Program-made: the position numbers and the translations under genes | Origin: Mayamaea pseudoterrestris | Lineage: Eukaryota | Assembly (NCBI GenBank): GCA_027923505.1 | Contig: BROI01000004.1 | Location: forward strand, 682,001-746,000 | DNA: 64,000 nt | Reading direction: 5' to 3' | Shown: in pieces, positions 1-11,330 of the stretch | How the letters are laid out: each line of letters starts with the position of its first letter | How positions within the stretch are numbered: the stretch's first letter is position 1 | Notes under the pieces: generated by a model | Told to the model about the DNA's origin: nothing | Seen by the model: the letters and a program-made list of their open reading frames with translations, nothing else | The model's database searches: none

Positions 1-2
1 TT

Positions 3-914
3 CCATTGCCTCCACTGACCAAACCAATGGCACAGTGTACTGCCCAAGACTACTACTACACGTACAGTCCAGTCATGCAGCAGCTACTCTACTATCTACC
101 ACAAAGTCCTTTGCTTTCGGAGCGCAAAGCAATCATTGTGTTTGACTCTGGGTTGTACCTGCACCAACCACTCCAGGACGCCCTCGTTCGCATATTGCTC
201 CACGTTGTGCAGTGCAAGGCCGTTTCCTTTGTCAGCAACATGCTCATGGTGGGAATGAGTCTCATGCTACTGCCAGAGTCGTCGGCGTCTGCTGATTTGG
301 AATACAGTTGCTGCAACGCCAACTCCACCTGCTTGGCGGTGCACTTGACCAATCAAGAGGCGCAATGCATTGTGTGTTCGTCGCATCAAGCCTTGCCATT
401 CACGTATCAATCGACGGGCAGTGCTGGCAAGGAGCAGCAGCAGCTATACTGGAATACACCTATCGGTACGGCAAGAATTGTTGCAAGTATCCTCCATTGT
501 CTACACGCATGTCCACGCGACTTGCGCAAGCAGGCAATCCACAATTTGTACATTTGCGGAGGTGCCGCCAATGATGTCATGGCTGTCAAGATTGCCAAGC
601 AGCTGCAGGAGACGTTGCTGCGAAACGATAGTGATGATCAAGTAACGATGAGTGCCGTCATGACAAACAACGACGACGATACAACTGCTACGACAAACCC
701 TGCAGCAGACGAAATTTCGTATATGCAGCTCTTGACCGTCGCGCCAGCCAATGTATCCGTGCTACAGCCACTGGCCGACTATGTTTCCGTCGTGGCGCTG
801 CCGCAGTTGATGCGACCAGACTTGGCAGTTTGGATGGGAGCCTCCTTGTATGCGAACCATGTTTTGAACAAGAATGCAGACTCTGATTCGTTTACATGGA
901 TAACGCAATGCTAA
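3..914 (+). CDS. Actin-related protein (ACTR10/Arp10-like), C-terminal part; 5' end lies outside the window
   Basis: Actin-fold C-terminal motifs 'SILHCLHACPRDLRKQAIHNLYICGG' and 'PDLAVWMGASLYA'; frame is open from the window start. Confidence 0.65.
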   Translation, partial: PLPPLTKPMAQCTAQDYYYTYSPVMQQLLYYLPQSPLLSERKAIIVFDSGLYLHQPLQDALVRILLHVVQCKAVSFVSNMLMVGMSLMLLPESSASADLEYSCCNANSTCLAVHLTNQEAQCIVCSSHQALPFTYQSTGSAGKEQQQLYWNTPIGTARIVASILHCLHACPRDLRKQAIHNLYICGGAANDVMAVKIAKQLQETLLRNDSDDQVTMSAVMTNNDDDTTATTNPAADEISYMQLLTVAPANVSVLQPLADYVSVVALPQLMRPDLAVWMGASLYANHVLNKNADSDSFTWITQC

Positions 915-1150
915 CTATGTATCTTACGTTTACTTTAAGTATATATCCTCTCTATCAGCTTGGAACGAAGGCAAAATTAAATCTCCGCGCTCGATGCACT
1001 ATCCGTTGAGTGCTGATGCGACTATCACAAAGTCGTCGGAGATCGCAAATTTTGGCGCGCCGTTGTGGAAGCGAAGGCGCTTCTCGAACGCGGCACAACT
1101 TTCGACGCAGCGCAACAAACTGGACCGCTGAAAAACAACCATAGTACATC

Positions 1151-2158
1151 ATGAGCGACGAAAATGCTTTGAAGCGAGTTTTTGAAAAGATCGATGCTTT
1201 GTCGTCAGATGTGGAACGCCTGGACCGCGAAAACAAGCAGTTGAAGAATGAAATCGCTGCGACCAGCAAGGCAGGAGCTCTCAACAAATTTGACACACCA
1301 AGTAAGGAGGATGTTCTCGAACTGAATGTTGGAGGAGGAGTCTTTCATGCCCTTCGTGGAACGTTAACGTCAATTCCAAGCCTTTTGGCGACTAAATTTA
1401 ATGGTGATTGGGACTACAAGCTTCCGAGAGATGCGCATGGTCGCTTCTATTTGGACGAAGACCCGGAATTCTTTAGTTCGCTTTTAAAATACCTACGCGA
1501 GTACAATCGCATGGCCCTTCCGGTAGCAGGTGGTCAGAGTCCCGTTATTCCAAGCTTCAAGGATCCCACAATGACGCAAGGATTTATTCGCTTCCTGGAG
1601 TCACTCCATTTGACTGAGCACATGTACCCCATGAAACTTTACAAGTATGACTATACGAATCTAGATCAGCCTAACGAACTGGGTTTTCTCGCTGGCAACT
1701 GGTGTGATACTCAAATAGTGAGCCAGGATAATCGTTACGTCTACGTCTTCAAGAATAACAACGCGGTGAAGCGTCGAATACATTCCTTTGAGGTGGAGTG
1801 CCTTGAGGATAACGAGGACATACAAATTGGCTGGATCGAGTGTGATATTGATAAATATCATCCCCAGGCCGATTTTGAAGGGTCAATCATCGTTTTGGAC
1901 GTACGTCGCAGTCATATTTCTATAGATGAGCGTTTCGGGACCGTACACAATGAGATTGGAGTTTCCTTTCCAAAGACTGGTAATTTATTTATTCGCACTG
2001 CAAATTATGGAGCGCAGTGGTTTGTCAATGAAACGCTCATTGCTGACACCTCGGAGGTTTGTGAATTATTGGCCGAGGAAGGAGAATGGATGTCTCCGTG
2101 GATTCTTCCTAAAGGAAATTTCCGCATTGTGAAATTGGAGTATGATGAGATCGAGTGA
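1151..2158 (+). CDS. BTB/POZ (KCTD/T1-type) domain protein with N-terminal coiled coil
   Basis: 'LELNVGG..FHALRGTLT..PSLLATKF..GRFYLDEDPEFFSSLLKYLR' matches the KCTD BTB pattern. Confidence 0.85.
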   Translation: MSDENALKRVFEKIDALSSDVERLDRENKQLKNEIAATSKAGALNKFDTPSKEDVLELNVGGGVFHALRGTLTSIPSLLATKFNGDWDYKLPRDAHGRFYLDEDPEFFSSLLKYLREYNRMALPVAGGQSPVIPSFKDPTMTQGFIRFLESLHLTEHMYPMKLYKYDYTNLDQPNELGFLAGNWCDTQIVSQDNRYVYVFKNNNAVKRRIHSFEVECLEDNEDIQIGWIECDIDKYHPQADFEGSIIVLDVRRSHISIDERFGTVHNEIGVSFPKTGNLFIRTANYGAQWFVNETLIADTSEVCELLAEEGEWMSPWILPKGNFRIVKLEYDEIE

Positions 2159-2204
2159 AGAAGAAAAATACAATTACATGACAATAAAAATCCTTCGTTA
2201 CTTG

Positions 2205-3074
2205 TTACTTATTTACATCTCCATCTCGCTTTGCTTTGGCTCGCGAATGAATCACCCGTAAATACTGCGAGTGCAGTAAATCGAGAAAGCGATCATCCTG
2301 AATCAGTGACAAGAGCGCCAGCTGCAGCGACTTTTTGTCCAAGGCAACTCCCGCTCCGGCTGGTGATCCGTGTCGGGGTGGCGTCGGTGCAGATTGTAGT
2401 CGTTGATGATTAGATGCAGCTGCCGGAGTTGCGGCTGCTGCAACTGGCGCAGATGCAGCCTGCACCGCCGCGGATTCATTGTTCAAAAAAGCCGGCGGAC
2501 TTGAAAACGCAATAGGTTCCGCAACATCAGAATCATTGCCAGCGGTAGCAGCATCGTCCTCTCCCGTCAAACCCATGACTAGCAGCTTGGAAGCTAGCAG
2601 TTTGGTAGCTTCATAATCGATAGCCGGCGCGCTTGAAATACTATCTGGCGGTACCTCTGGCGCAACCTCTGGCACAGGCACCGGATTCTTTAACCGCTCC
2701 ACTGTTTCCAACAAGCCATTATAAAACGATTTTTGCTCATCCGCCGAAGGAAACCAATTACCCAAGACTTGCATTGTGCTTGGGACCTTGACTATCAAGT
2801 AGGGCGGCTGGTCCTGCAGCTGCAGATTGGCCGTCACTTGCAGCGTGAAATTGTTCGGCGTGCTTCGATTCAGTATAATGCAGTCAAATTCAGCGCTGCT
2901 GCTGCCTTTCGAAACCAAAAAGATGCTTCCCTCCACGCCCATTTTGGTCCATGATGCGCCGGTGAACTCGTAGAGCACCACGTGGGTGGATGATGCCAAA
3001 ATGTCATTAATGGAGGCGTCGCAAGTTCGCGTTAAAAGCTTTAGATTGGCAGCTTTGCGAGCAGAATTGTTCAT
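2205..3074 (-). CDS. DCP1: mRNA decapping cofactor Dcp1
   Basis: EVH1 N-terminus 'NLKLLTR..INDILASSTHVVLYEF..WTKMGVEGSIFLV' and C-terminal trimerisation helix 'LQLALLSLIQDDRFLDLLHSQYL'. Confidence 0.9.
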   Translation of the reverse strand: MNNSARKAANLKLLTRTCDASINDILASSTHVVLYEFTGASWTKMGVEGSIFLVSKGSSSAEFDCIILNRSTPNNFTLQVTANLQLQDQPPYLIVKVPSTMQVLGNWFPSADEQKSFYNGLLETVERLKNPVPVPEVAPEVPPDSISSAPAIDYEATKLLASKLLVMGLTGEDDAATAGNDSDVAEPIAFSSPPAFLNNESAAVQAASAPVAAAATPAAASNHQRLQSAPTPPRHGSPAGAGVALDKKSLQLALLSLIQDDRFLDLLHSQYLRVIHSRAKAKRDGDVNK

Positions 3075-3397
3075 AGTGATATCGATTGTGTATTCTATAA
3101 TTTCTGGTTACTGGTGAATGAAAGTGTTGCTTGCTGCAGCTGGGCTAAAAGGTTGGAATTGGTTCCGTCATGGCCACTGGAAATTGTCGGCTGTCAACAA
3201 AATGTCGCATCGGTCAAACGAGTCCCATCGGTTTTCAGTTCCTCCGAATTTGAAAGCCGTTTGGAGCCAAGATACGCTTCAAGCCGATCATTGGAGGGAG
3301 GACATCCCCATCATCGCTCGCCGGACCAAAAGAGACACTCGCCTTTTTCATTCAAAGGATCATTGGAATCTCCTTTTTATCTATTGCGCTAGTCATC

Positions 3398-4198
3398 ATG
3401 AAAGCCTCATCGACTAGTACAGTTCTACTGTTGCTGCTAATAGACGCAGCTTCATCCTTTCAATCGCGACCGACCTTTGTTTACAGCAGCAGCAGTCGTT
3501 GCTGCTCGTCGTCGTTGTCAAAGGCAGTCTCACACCGCAACTATCAGCAGCATCAATCCACTCGTCTCTATAATAATGCCATCAACTTGGTCGATACGGC
3601 TCTTCCAACCATTCTATTCGCTGGAGCCATTGCATACACGGTCATGAAGGATGAAGATTTTCAAATCAAATTTCCAAATCAATTCAAAAGCAGTTTGGAA
3701 CAACAGTCGGCGCCGCCGCCGCAACCAATCTCCGTGACGGTCCAACAAGAAACGGACGGCAATACCGTCGTCACCAAGCAGCCGGCAACGATTGCGGAAG
3801 CAGCTGTCACACCAGTCGCGAAAGTGACGAGTCAACAAAAACCACCAGCCGTTGCCACACCAGTCGCTACCAAACCTTCCCCGGCTATTTCCGTTCCAGT
3901 CTCCAAACCAGTCTTGACAGTGGTGGATGTGGCATCCACCGTGGAGGAGCAGCGGGCGACGCGAGAGTTGGTGGAACAAAAAAAGAAAAAGCAGCAGCAA
4001 GAACAACAAGGAACAAAGGTGGCAAATGATGCAACAAAATCGAATACGCTAGCAGCGTCGTCCACATCGAATACCATAGCCGAATCCGCCAACGCAAACG
4101 CCGCCGATTCCAAGGCCAGCGGCAAGAAGCGAAGAATGGCACTGCGGGTGCTGAAAAAGGTGGTGGCGCCGTGGCGCAAGTGGGAAAGCATTGCGTGA
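3398..4198 (+). CDS. Hypothetical protein, probably plastid-targeted, one TM segment
   Basis: Signal peptide followed by 'ASSF' and a Ser-rich transit peptide; basic C-terminus 'LKKVVAPWRKW'. Confidence 0.6.
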   Translation: MKASSTSTVLLLLLIDAASSFQSRPTFVYSSSSRCCSSSLSKAVSHRNYQQHQSTRLYNNAINLVDTALPTILFAGAIAYTVMKDEDFQIKFPNQFKSSLEQQSAPPPQPISVTVQQETDGNTVVTKQPATIAEAAVTPVAKVTSQQKPPAVATPVATKPSPAISVPVSKPVLTVVDVASTVEEQRATRELVEQKKKKQQQEQQGTKVANDATKSNTLAASSTSNTIAESANANAADSKASGKKRRMALRVLKKVVAPWRKWESIA

Positions 4199-4778
4199 AG
4201 CAGCAGTCAGTAATTATCATTTACATATAACAACTTCAGAAAGCAAGTTATAGTTCCTTTTTGACTTTGAACGTTTGAGTGCAAGGAAAGCAACTAAGCC
4301 GCTTGCAACGTCTGTAGGTGTTCTACGCGTAGTTAGATAAGCCTCAACCCTAACTCCTTCCGTCTATCCTTCGCGGTCGCCGCGCCGTTTCAGCCGCACA
4401 CCTCTGCACAATGGCGTCCATTGCTTCATTTTTCCCTGCAGCAATCCTTTTTGCACATTGAAAGATAGATTGACATTTGTTTCCATTGAAGCAAGCGTAG
4501 AGACGGGTTGGTAAGTACATGGTGGCAATGCCCGATGAAACTGTTCAGCAAGAAGCACGGGTGCACTTGCCAGTGCCACTTGCTGTTACTTGATGCTGGA
4601 TGCATTGCGGAGCTAAGCCGTGACCTTTCGCTTGTATTCATTTATTCATTCTAACCTTACTGTTTATTTTGTATGCAGGTGGTAGTCATTGATAGTCTCA
4701 GTAGTCATTGACAGTTGCAGTAGTTTGAGTCCCTAACAACCAAGAGTATCATTTGATTACACATCGTCATCATTCAGC

Positions 4779-7700
4779 ATGCCACCCCGGGCCGTCACCT
4801 TTCCCTTGGGCAACGCGCACCGCGACGCTTGTTTGCGCTGCATGCACTTGGGGCCTAAGCCCCATCGCCTCTTGGTGCAGCGCATCTATGGCTTGCTATT
4901 CAAAAAGCTCACCAAGAATGCACCGCCGCCGGAAAGTGACGACTCGAACAAGGAACCATTGGCACTTGGTTGTGCATTTTTGCTGCTGGTGGTTTGGAAG
5001 TCTTTCGAGGAGCAGGAGCGAGTGCGACTCGAACAGGAGGAGGAGGCACCAGAAAACGACGCTATGAACAACGACATCCATGCAGCACCATACACGGCCA
5101 GCACGGATCCCTACTTTTTGCTGCGCCAAGTCACGACCGACTACGCGCGGCTGGTCCGCCTTTTGGCGGGTGGGCAGCAGCAGCAACATCCTTATCCCAG
5201 CTTGCTCGTGGCGGCCAAGGCGATTTTGTCGCAGTACTTGGAGACGTGCGAAAAGATTCCAAAGTGGATGCAGATTGCAGCGAGTAAAGTGACGGCGGAT
5301 GCGTTTCTAAATGAAACTGCAGCAGCAACATCAGTGGACAAGAAGACCAGTGTCGATCCACCTACTGCCGCCGACGAGGATGACGACGAGGAGGAGGACG
5401 ATGAAGACATGGACAATGACGACGAAAACGACAATGCGCAGACGGAAAAGAAGCAAAACAAACGCCAGCTCGTTGCCAATGCTACGGGTCCACTGCTGCA
5501 GTTTTTGCGCTCCGTGTTGCAAGGATTGGTGGAAAATACGACGATTCTAATGTCCAGCTACTGCCTCGACTTTGGTCCGCTGTGGGACCGCACGGCGTGC
5601 AACTCGCTGGAACCGACTGTTTGGACGCGCTACATGCAGCAGCTGGTGACACATGATGCAGATCATGATAATGAAACGTCAACGCCAAGCAGTCGCGATG
5701 AACCTTACGTCATCATGCTGGGTGAGCATGCGATTCAAAATGACGCGCAAGTCATGATGCAACTGCAAACGGTGGCGTGGAAGATGGCATGCTATCGGGC
5801 ACATGTGTTGCACTCACAAAATACTGCGAGCGGTTTGCCGAGTCGGCACGAGCGACTCTTGGCGTCGTGCGGATCATTGTCGTTTGTCTTGGCGTTGAAT
5901 CGCATCATGATGGATCACATCATGGCGGAAAGCGATGGCGACGAGGATCGCATGAGCAAAAAGTTTAGAAAGGACAAGCTGCTGGAAACGATTCGGGATG
6001 CTGTCACTGATTCGAGAAACTTTTCGCGGTGGACACCGGAAGGTAGTGACGACAATAAAATAGGGTCCGAGCTAAAGGCGGATGAGCTGCAGGAGGAGGT
6101 GACCGCACTCGCCACGGCTGTATACGCTGTTGTTGCTCAGGAGGCACCATTGAAACCAAAAAGTGACGATTCGCAACCGAATTCCCCAACGAATGACGAT
6201 TCTCGGATTCAGCAACTACTGGAACTAATGCCGGATGGTGTCGATCCACACAAGGTTGTATTTTATTTACCTTCAACGGCCGACTTGTTGTACAACTCGA
6301 CCCTTGAAAATTTGAAGCTGAAAGAGTTTCATCCAAAGGACATTGCTTACATGAATGAGGCCGACTTGGCGGAAATGAACGCCTTGGATGCGATTGTCGT
6401 TGGCGCGCACGAGTTTCGCAAGATTGAGCCGCAGGATAAGGGTCTTATAGTCTCGCCGGGTGGATCAACAGCTCGTCGTGTTGTGACGCCTCCTGTATTG
6501 ACGAGCAATATGGAGCTCAATGAATGGACCGTGTCACTTCTCTACCTGGAGACTGTGAAACCGAGCAAGTTGCTGATGGACTTTTTGAACTTGGCAAATA
6601 GTTTTACTACGAACGAGAAAAAATGTTTCAGTGTCGTCTTCCCAATCTTGAATCGCATTCTTTTGAGATTATCCCAAGAAAACATGCTTGAAAAGACGAG
6701 TCGAGTATCGCCTATCAATGTCAATTCTTCCACTGGTGTGGTCGAAGTAGCCGGTGAAGCAAGTCCCGACAAGCAGCTTTGTACTGCTGTTGTTGCCTTT
6801 TACTACCACGCCCTCGAAGCCATTCTTTATAGCGAAACAATTCGCCTACCCAACTTCTCGCACCAGCGACTAGTCTTTGATCCGGGCTTCCATAAATCAT
6901 TGCTGGCCTGCTGCATCATGTGCGTGGTCAAGGCTGTTGGCGTAACTCAAAAGATACGCCCAAGCGGCAACATACAAAGTCTCCAGATTTTTGGTGTCTT
7001 ACCAATTGCTGAGATCAGTGCGTACGACTTTTTAAAAATATCTGAATCTTTTGTTCGTGCGCTGACGTCCAGTTCCGCGCGTGGAAAGATCGGCTCGCCT
7101 CTTGTGTTTGCCTTGCCGAAAATTCTCGTCAAGGATATTAAGCGAACTGAAAGCGTTATCATGGATTCTTTACTTTGGGTTCGTGACAAGAAATCTCCCG
7201 AGTCTATGATAGATATGATTGAAGATTTCCAGGAAAAGACAGACAAAGGCTCCAGCTGTCTATGGCCACCACAAGTGCTAATGCCTGCTGCACACGAACC
7301 TCCCGAGTTTGATTGTATTGATCTGCCCGAGCGGAGATATCCAAGTTCTGAACACGAGGACTACGCTGATTACCGATGTGTTTCCTACCTTCTGCGTCGT
7401 CTGCTGAAAGTTGCAAAAGACCGCATTCAAGCCTTGTGTAGCTTTTTGGGTATCCCTCATCATCTGCCGGTTGCTCATCAGGTATGGGTAGCCTTTCGTT
7501 ACATTCTTCGCAACCATGTCGACTTGCTGTATGACCGACATTTGGACCATTTGATTCTATGTTGCTTGTACGGTGTTTGCCGAGCGTTGAAGTACGATCC
7601 AGATCTTACATTTGCCCGCATAATAGACGCCTATGTTGTGATCAGAGGGCCAGATTTAGGCGATGTTACCTGCCAGCGCATCGTACGGCATATCAAGATC

Positions 7701-8018
7701 ATGGACGCTGCTCCGCAGCCTATCGCCGACATCATCTACCTATACAATCATGTTTTCTTGTGGAAGGTCCATCAGCACTTGCTGCGAAGTAAATCTATTC
7801 AAGTGGCTTCGGAGGAAATCGCAAATGTGTCTCGCACACGTCATATCCAAGTCAACTCTAAGTCGCTTGATTCTCATCTAAAAGACACGCAGGACGCCCT
7901 TCGAGGACGCAGTGAGAAACAAATCACACAAGCAGTTATTCAGATGGGCACGCCGGTTCCTGGAGAACTTTCGTTAATAGGTAAGGCTGGCGGCGATTCA
8001 ACGACTACCCTACCTTAA
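4779..8018 (+). CDS. RBR: Retinoblastoma-related pocket protein
   Basis: Pocket A 'FYYHALEAILYSE..FHKSLLACC' and pocket B 'RIQALCSFL..VWVAFRYIL..LLYDRHLDHLILCCLYGVCR..IIYLYNHVF'; the 3' end could include an unrecognised intron. Confidence 0.9.
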   Translation: MPPRAVTFPLGNAHRDACLRCMHLGPKPHRLLVQRIYGLLFKKLTKNAPPPESDDSNKEPLALGCAFLLLVVWKSFEEQERVRLEQEEEAPENDAMNNDIHAAPYTASTDPYFLLRQVTTDYARLVRLLAGGQQQQHPYPSLLVAAKAILSQYLETCEKIPKWMQIAASKVTADAFLNETAAATSVDKKTSVDPPTAADEDDDEEEDDEDMDNDDENDNAQTEKKQNKRQLVANATGPLLQFLRSVLQGLVENTTILMSSYCLDFGPLWDRTACNSLEPTVWTRYMQQLVTHDADHDNETSTPSSRDEPYVIMLGEHAIQNDAQVMMQLQTVAWKMACYRAHVLHSQNTASGLPSRHERLLASCGSLSFVLALNRIMMDHIMAESDGDEDRMSKKFRKDKLLETIRDAVTDSRNFSRWTPEGSDDNKIGSELKADELQEEVTALATAVYAVVAQEAPLKPKSDDSQPNSPTNDDSRIQQLLELMPDGVDPHKVVFYLPSTADLLYNSTLENLKLKEFHPKDIAYMNEADLAEMNALDAIVVGAHEFRKIEPQDKGLIVSPGGSTARRVVTPPVLTSNMELNEWTVSLLYLETVKPSKLLMDFLNLANSFTTNEKKCFSVVFPILNRILLRLSQENMLEKTSRVSPINVNSSTGVVEVAGEASPDKQLCTAVVAFYYHALEAILYSETIRLPNFSHQRLVFDPGFHKSLLACCIMCVVKAVGVTQKIRPSGNIQSLQIFGVLPIAEISAYDFLKISESFVRALTSSSARGKIGSPLVFALPKILVKDIKRTESVIMDSLLWVRDKKSPESMIDMIEDFQEKTDKGSSCLWPPQVLMPAAHEPPEFDCIDLPERRYPSSEHEDYADYRCVSYLLRRLLKVAKDRIQALCSFLGIPHHLPVAHQVWVAFRYILRNHVDLLYDRHLDHLILCCLYGVCRALKYDPDLTFARIIDAYVVIRGPDLGDVTCQRIVRHIKIMDAAPQPIADIIYLYNHVFLWKVHQHLLRSKSIQVASEEIANVSRTRHIQVNSKSLDSHLKDTQDALRGRSEKQITQAVIQMGTPVPGELSLIGKAGGDSTTTLP

Positions 8019-8405
8019 ACGAAGATTCGAAGAAAGAATCCAAATGTGGCACTGACACGAACGATTGCAGTCAATGGTGAGAGTGGATTGGCCGTTATGA
8101 TTGATTGATTGGATATTTCTTGATCGGGGTATGATCACGATGTTACGGGTGGTCTCAAGGTATCATATACACATTTTGTCGAGACATTGTTTGTTGCTGC
8201 ATGTCTTTCTATGTTATGACTACAATTTACAACTCTCGACGATATTTTACATACCAAACTGGCTCATGTGATTCAGAAGGATTCAGTAAATGTTAATGCG
8301 ACGATATTGTTTCGTACAATATCGGAATCATAGCAATGAGCAAATATGTAAAACGCGTATTTAATTGTAGCCACTGTTAACCTTCTAGTAAAAGTAATGG
8401 GGCGA

Positions 8406-10984
8406 TCACCGACTTGCTGCTGTCGGCGCTAGTTCAGGCGTCGGCCTTGTGATTTTGGGCCGCGTAATGTAGTCAATCGTCTCCCGCACTTCATCCGTCA
8501 TAGAGAAGTCCCTATCGGTCATGTACCGAATATCGCATTCATCGTCGAGCGACCCATCCTCCTTTTCGCATGGTCGAAAGAGATAACCTGCCGCCTTGCC
8601 AAAATTATACACATCCAGAGGATCCTTGCCAGAGCCATCGTCAAGCAACTTGACGCACTTGCTTTTAATGTCAAAGATGATTGGGAGTCCATTCGGAATT
8701 TCCAACTCAACTATTTTCTCCTCGGGTATCTCACAGAGATGCATCAGTAATCCCCGAATGGCATTTTCGCTACTTGAAATTAGCACTCGCTTGCCCTGGC
8801 TGACAGCCTCCGGAATGATTTTCTCTGTGAAGAAAGGAATTGTTCGGTCCATGCAATCTTTCAATGACTCTGTTTTGGGAAGTTTGCGATGAATTATTGG
8901 TCGACCCTTCTCAATGCTTCGTATAGCACTCTCCCGAAAGCCCCAACGAACATCATTCAAGTACTTTTGATATCGTCTATCATTGCCGGGATAGTGCTGT
9001 GAGAATGACGAGACAGCAGGAGGCCTTGTAGTAAAACCTCGGCGCCAAGCTTTAAATTGTGTCTCACCATGGCGCTGCTTTACCATCTGCTTGGACAACC
9101 CTGTCAGCTCCCCGTACATTCGTTCATTTAAACGCCATGTCTTGATCATCGGCAACCAGAGCGAGTCGAGCTCATCCAAAACGTACAAAGCAGTCTCGAT
9201 TGCGCGCGAGAGCCAGGACGTGTACACCACATCAAATTCAAATCCATGTAGCTTCAACAATCTGCCCGCTGCGCGGGCCTCTTCGACACCATCTCTCGCC
9301 AGAGGAGCATCTTCCCAACCTGTAAAAAGTCCTAACTTGTTGTGCTCTGTCTTGCCGTGACGAATAATAACAATGACAGGGTCTCGTCGGATCGGTGTTG
9401 CTCCAATGCCTGGAACGAGCGTCGCACTTGGTATGGCCGTCACACAAGGATTGTTGCTGGACATGAGCGGCCTGATAAACGTATTTCCTTCACCATCACG
9501 AGGTCCATTTGCAGCACTGGCGGCCTGCCGAAATGCGTGCTCCGGACTAAATTGTTCACCCGACTTTAGCTCTTGCATACCAAGCTCCCATATCTTGTCT
9601 TCTACCAATCTGAGCGGCTTGCCGTTGTTACCGTCGGTTCCGTCATCTTCTGCCGCAGAAGGATCAAAAAACTGTCCCGCCCAAGTTTGAATTTCGCGCT
9701 CGGCCATGAGCTTGTAAAGACTCCGTTCCAAGGCACTCATTGGGGTCTGCGCGCGTAACATCTGCTCAGTGTAGCCAGGCACTTTCTTGCACCACTCTTC
9801 TTCGCGTTTCAAGGCCTCTTTGAGTAGGCCTGGCTTTTCGAGAAACAGTCCGTTCATGTGTACCTGAGCCGTCGTTCGCTGGTCGATATTGGGTGGAATG
9901 GATACCATTTCCTTGTTGAACTTGTAGATAATTGGAATTCCAGTCGGTATGGCAACTTCTTGAATGTCTTCGTCGTCGATATTATCAATAACTTTGACCT
10001 TAGGGGGATAATAGAATGTAAGAATTACAGAGACAAAGTGCAGATTGGTTTTGATCTACTTACCAATCCGCGAAGAGTATTGGCATGCGCAACAACCATG
10101 ACATTCTTCCCTCGACGTAGCTCATACACAATCTTGCAATCCCAGAGCGGCTTGACGCGCTCCATGCAATCCAGCAGCGATTCGGTGCGAGGTATTTGCT
10201 CAGAAGTTAAGTCAGCGTACTTACGATCCTTGCCTGGCCAGTATGCATCACCTGGCTTGACTGCGGGCGGCCTACTCTTGAGACTGCCTCGCCATTGCTG
10301 GACAAGATCTGGTCCGAGTTGAGACGCAGTATCCTTCTTGCCAAGCCCAGTCAATGCACCGTACATGCGCTCATTAATCCTCCAACTTTTGAAAACAGGA
10401 ATATACACGCTGTTCATTTCCTGCAATATAATCCAAGCACTGCGGATTGCCCGTTTCAACCTTGATGAGAAGACTACATCAATTTCATATCCTCCTTCCA
10501 GCAGCAACCGGGCAGCATGTTCCGATTCTCGTCGTCCCTTTTCGGTCAAATCAGGATCTGCCCAGCCTGTAAACGTTTGATTGGCGTTCCACGCCGACTC
10601 GCCATGACGTACAAGGATCAGTGTTCCCGGTTCCCTTGCCTGCGGAGAAATGAGTGCCTTAATGGGTGCACGGATCAGTCGCATTAGCAGGGAGCGCTTC
10701 TTTCGTCGCATATCGCCATATCCATCCTCATTGTCTTCTCCGTCAACTTGAGGCCAGAGGAAGCGAAAAAAGCTGCCTCGCTTGTCAAGTTCATTAGAAT
10801 ATTTGTAATTGGACGTGTATCCATTGATTTCGCCTTTTGTAAAGGGTTCTGCTGGTATTCGCGTTGATTGCTGTGATCGTTTCGTTATTGATGAGATTGT
10901 CGGAACGACAAAAGCATCGGCCCTCAAAATCAAGCTCATCACAGCTGCAAGAATAAACCGTTGCCATTTTGCAATCCTTGCCAT
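8406..10984 (-). CDS. PGAM: Plastid-targeted 2,3-BPG-dependent phosphoglycerate mutase with two tandem dPGM domains; exons 10984-10064 and 9998-8406
   Basis: Two RHG motifs ('LVRHGESAWN', 'IIRHGKTEHN') and two 'WR(I/L)NERMYG' motifs; 65-bp intron 9999-10063 (GTAAGT..AG) joins 'TLRGL|VKVIDNI'; presequence 'ADAFVV'. Confidence 0.92.
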
Positions 10985-11330
10985 GGCTGAAATGGTTGAT
11001 TGCTTGTAAATTGCGATCGCCGATATTAAGATAATGCAATAATGCGGATGATCTCGCCTGTTTTATCTGAGCTTCCATCCGCATCTGTTCTTCGGCAGAG
11101 CATCGAGCATCGAGCAATCACTCGTGTCCGTCTGGTACTGGAGACGTATTCACTCGTATTTCGGTCACACTTGGCTCGCCCGACTCGGGCGTTCCGTCAT
11201 CACTATAGCGTATAGTGTACACTCACCCATGTTGTTGTCCGTTCACCTCGAACAGCTCAAAATTGAAGACATTCAAGTCATTCATGTCTGGCTTGCCCAA
11301 ATTTCTGACACATACTTCAATAGATCGACC

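Noticed and set aside
4682..4724. Short duplication 'gtagtcattga' upstream of RBR
   Set aside because: Two imperfect copies only; no supportable function.
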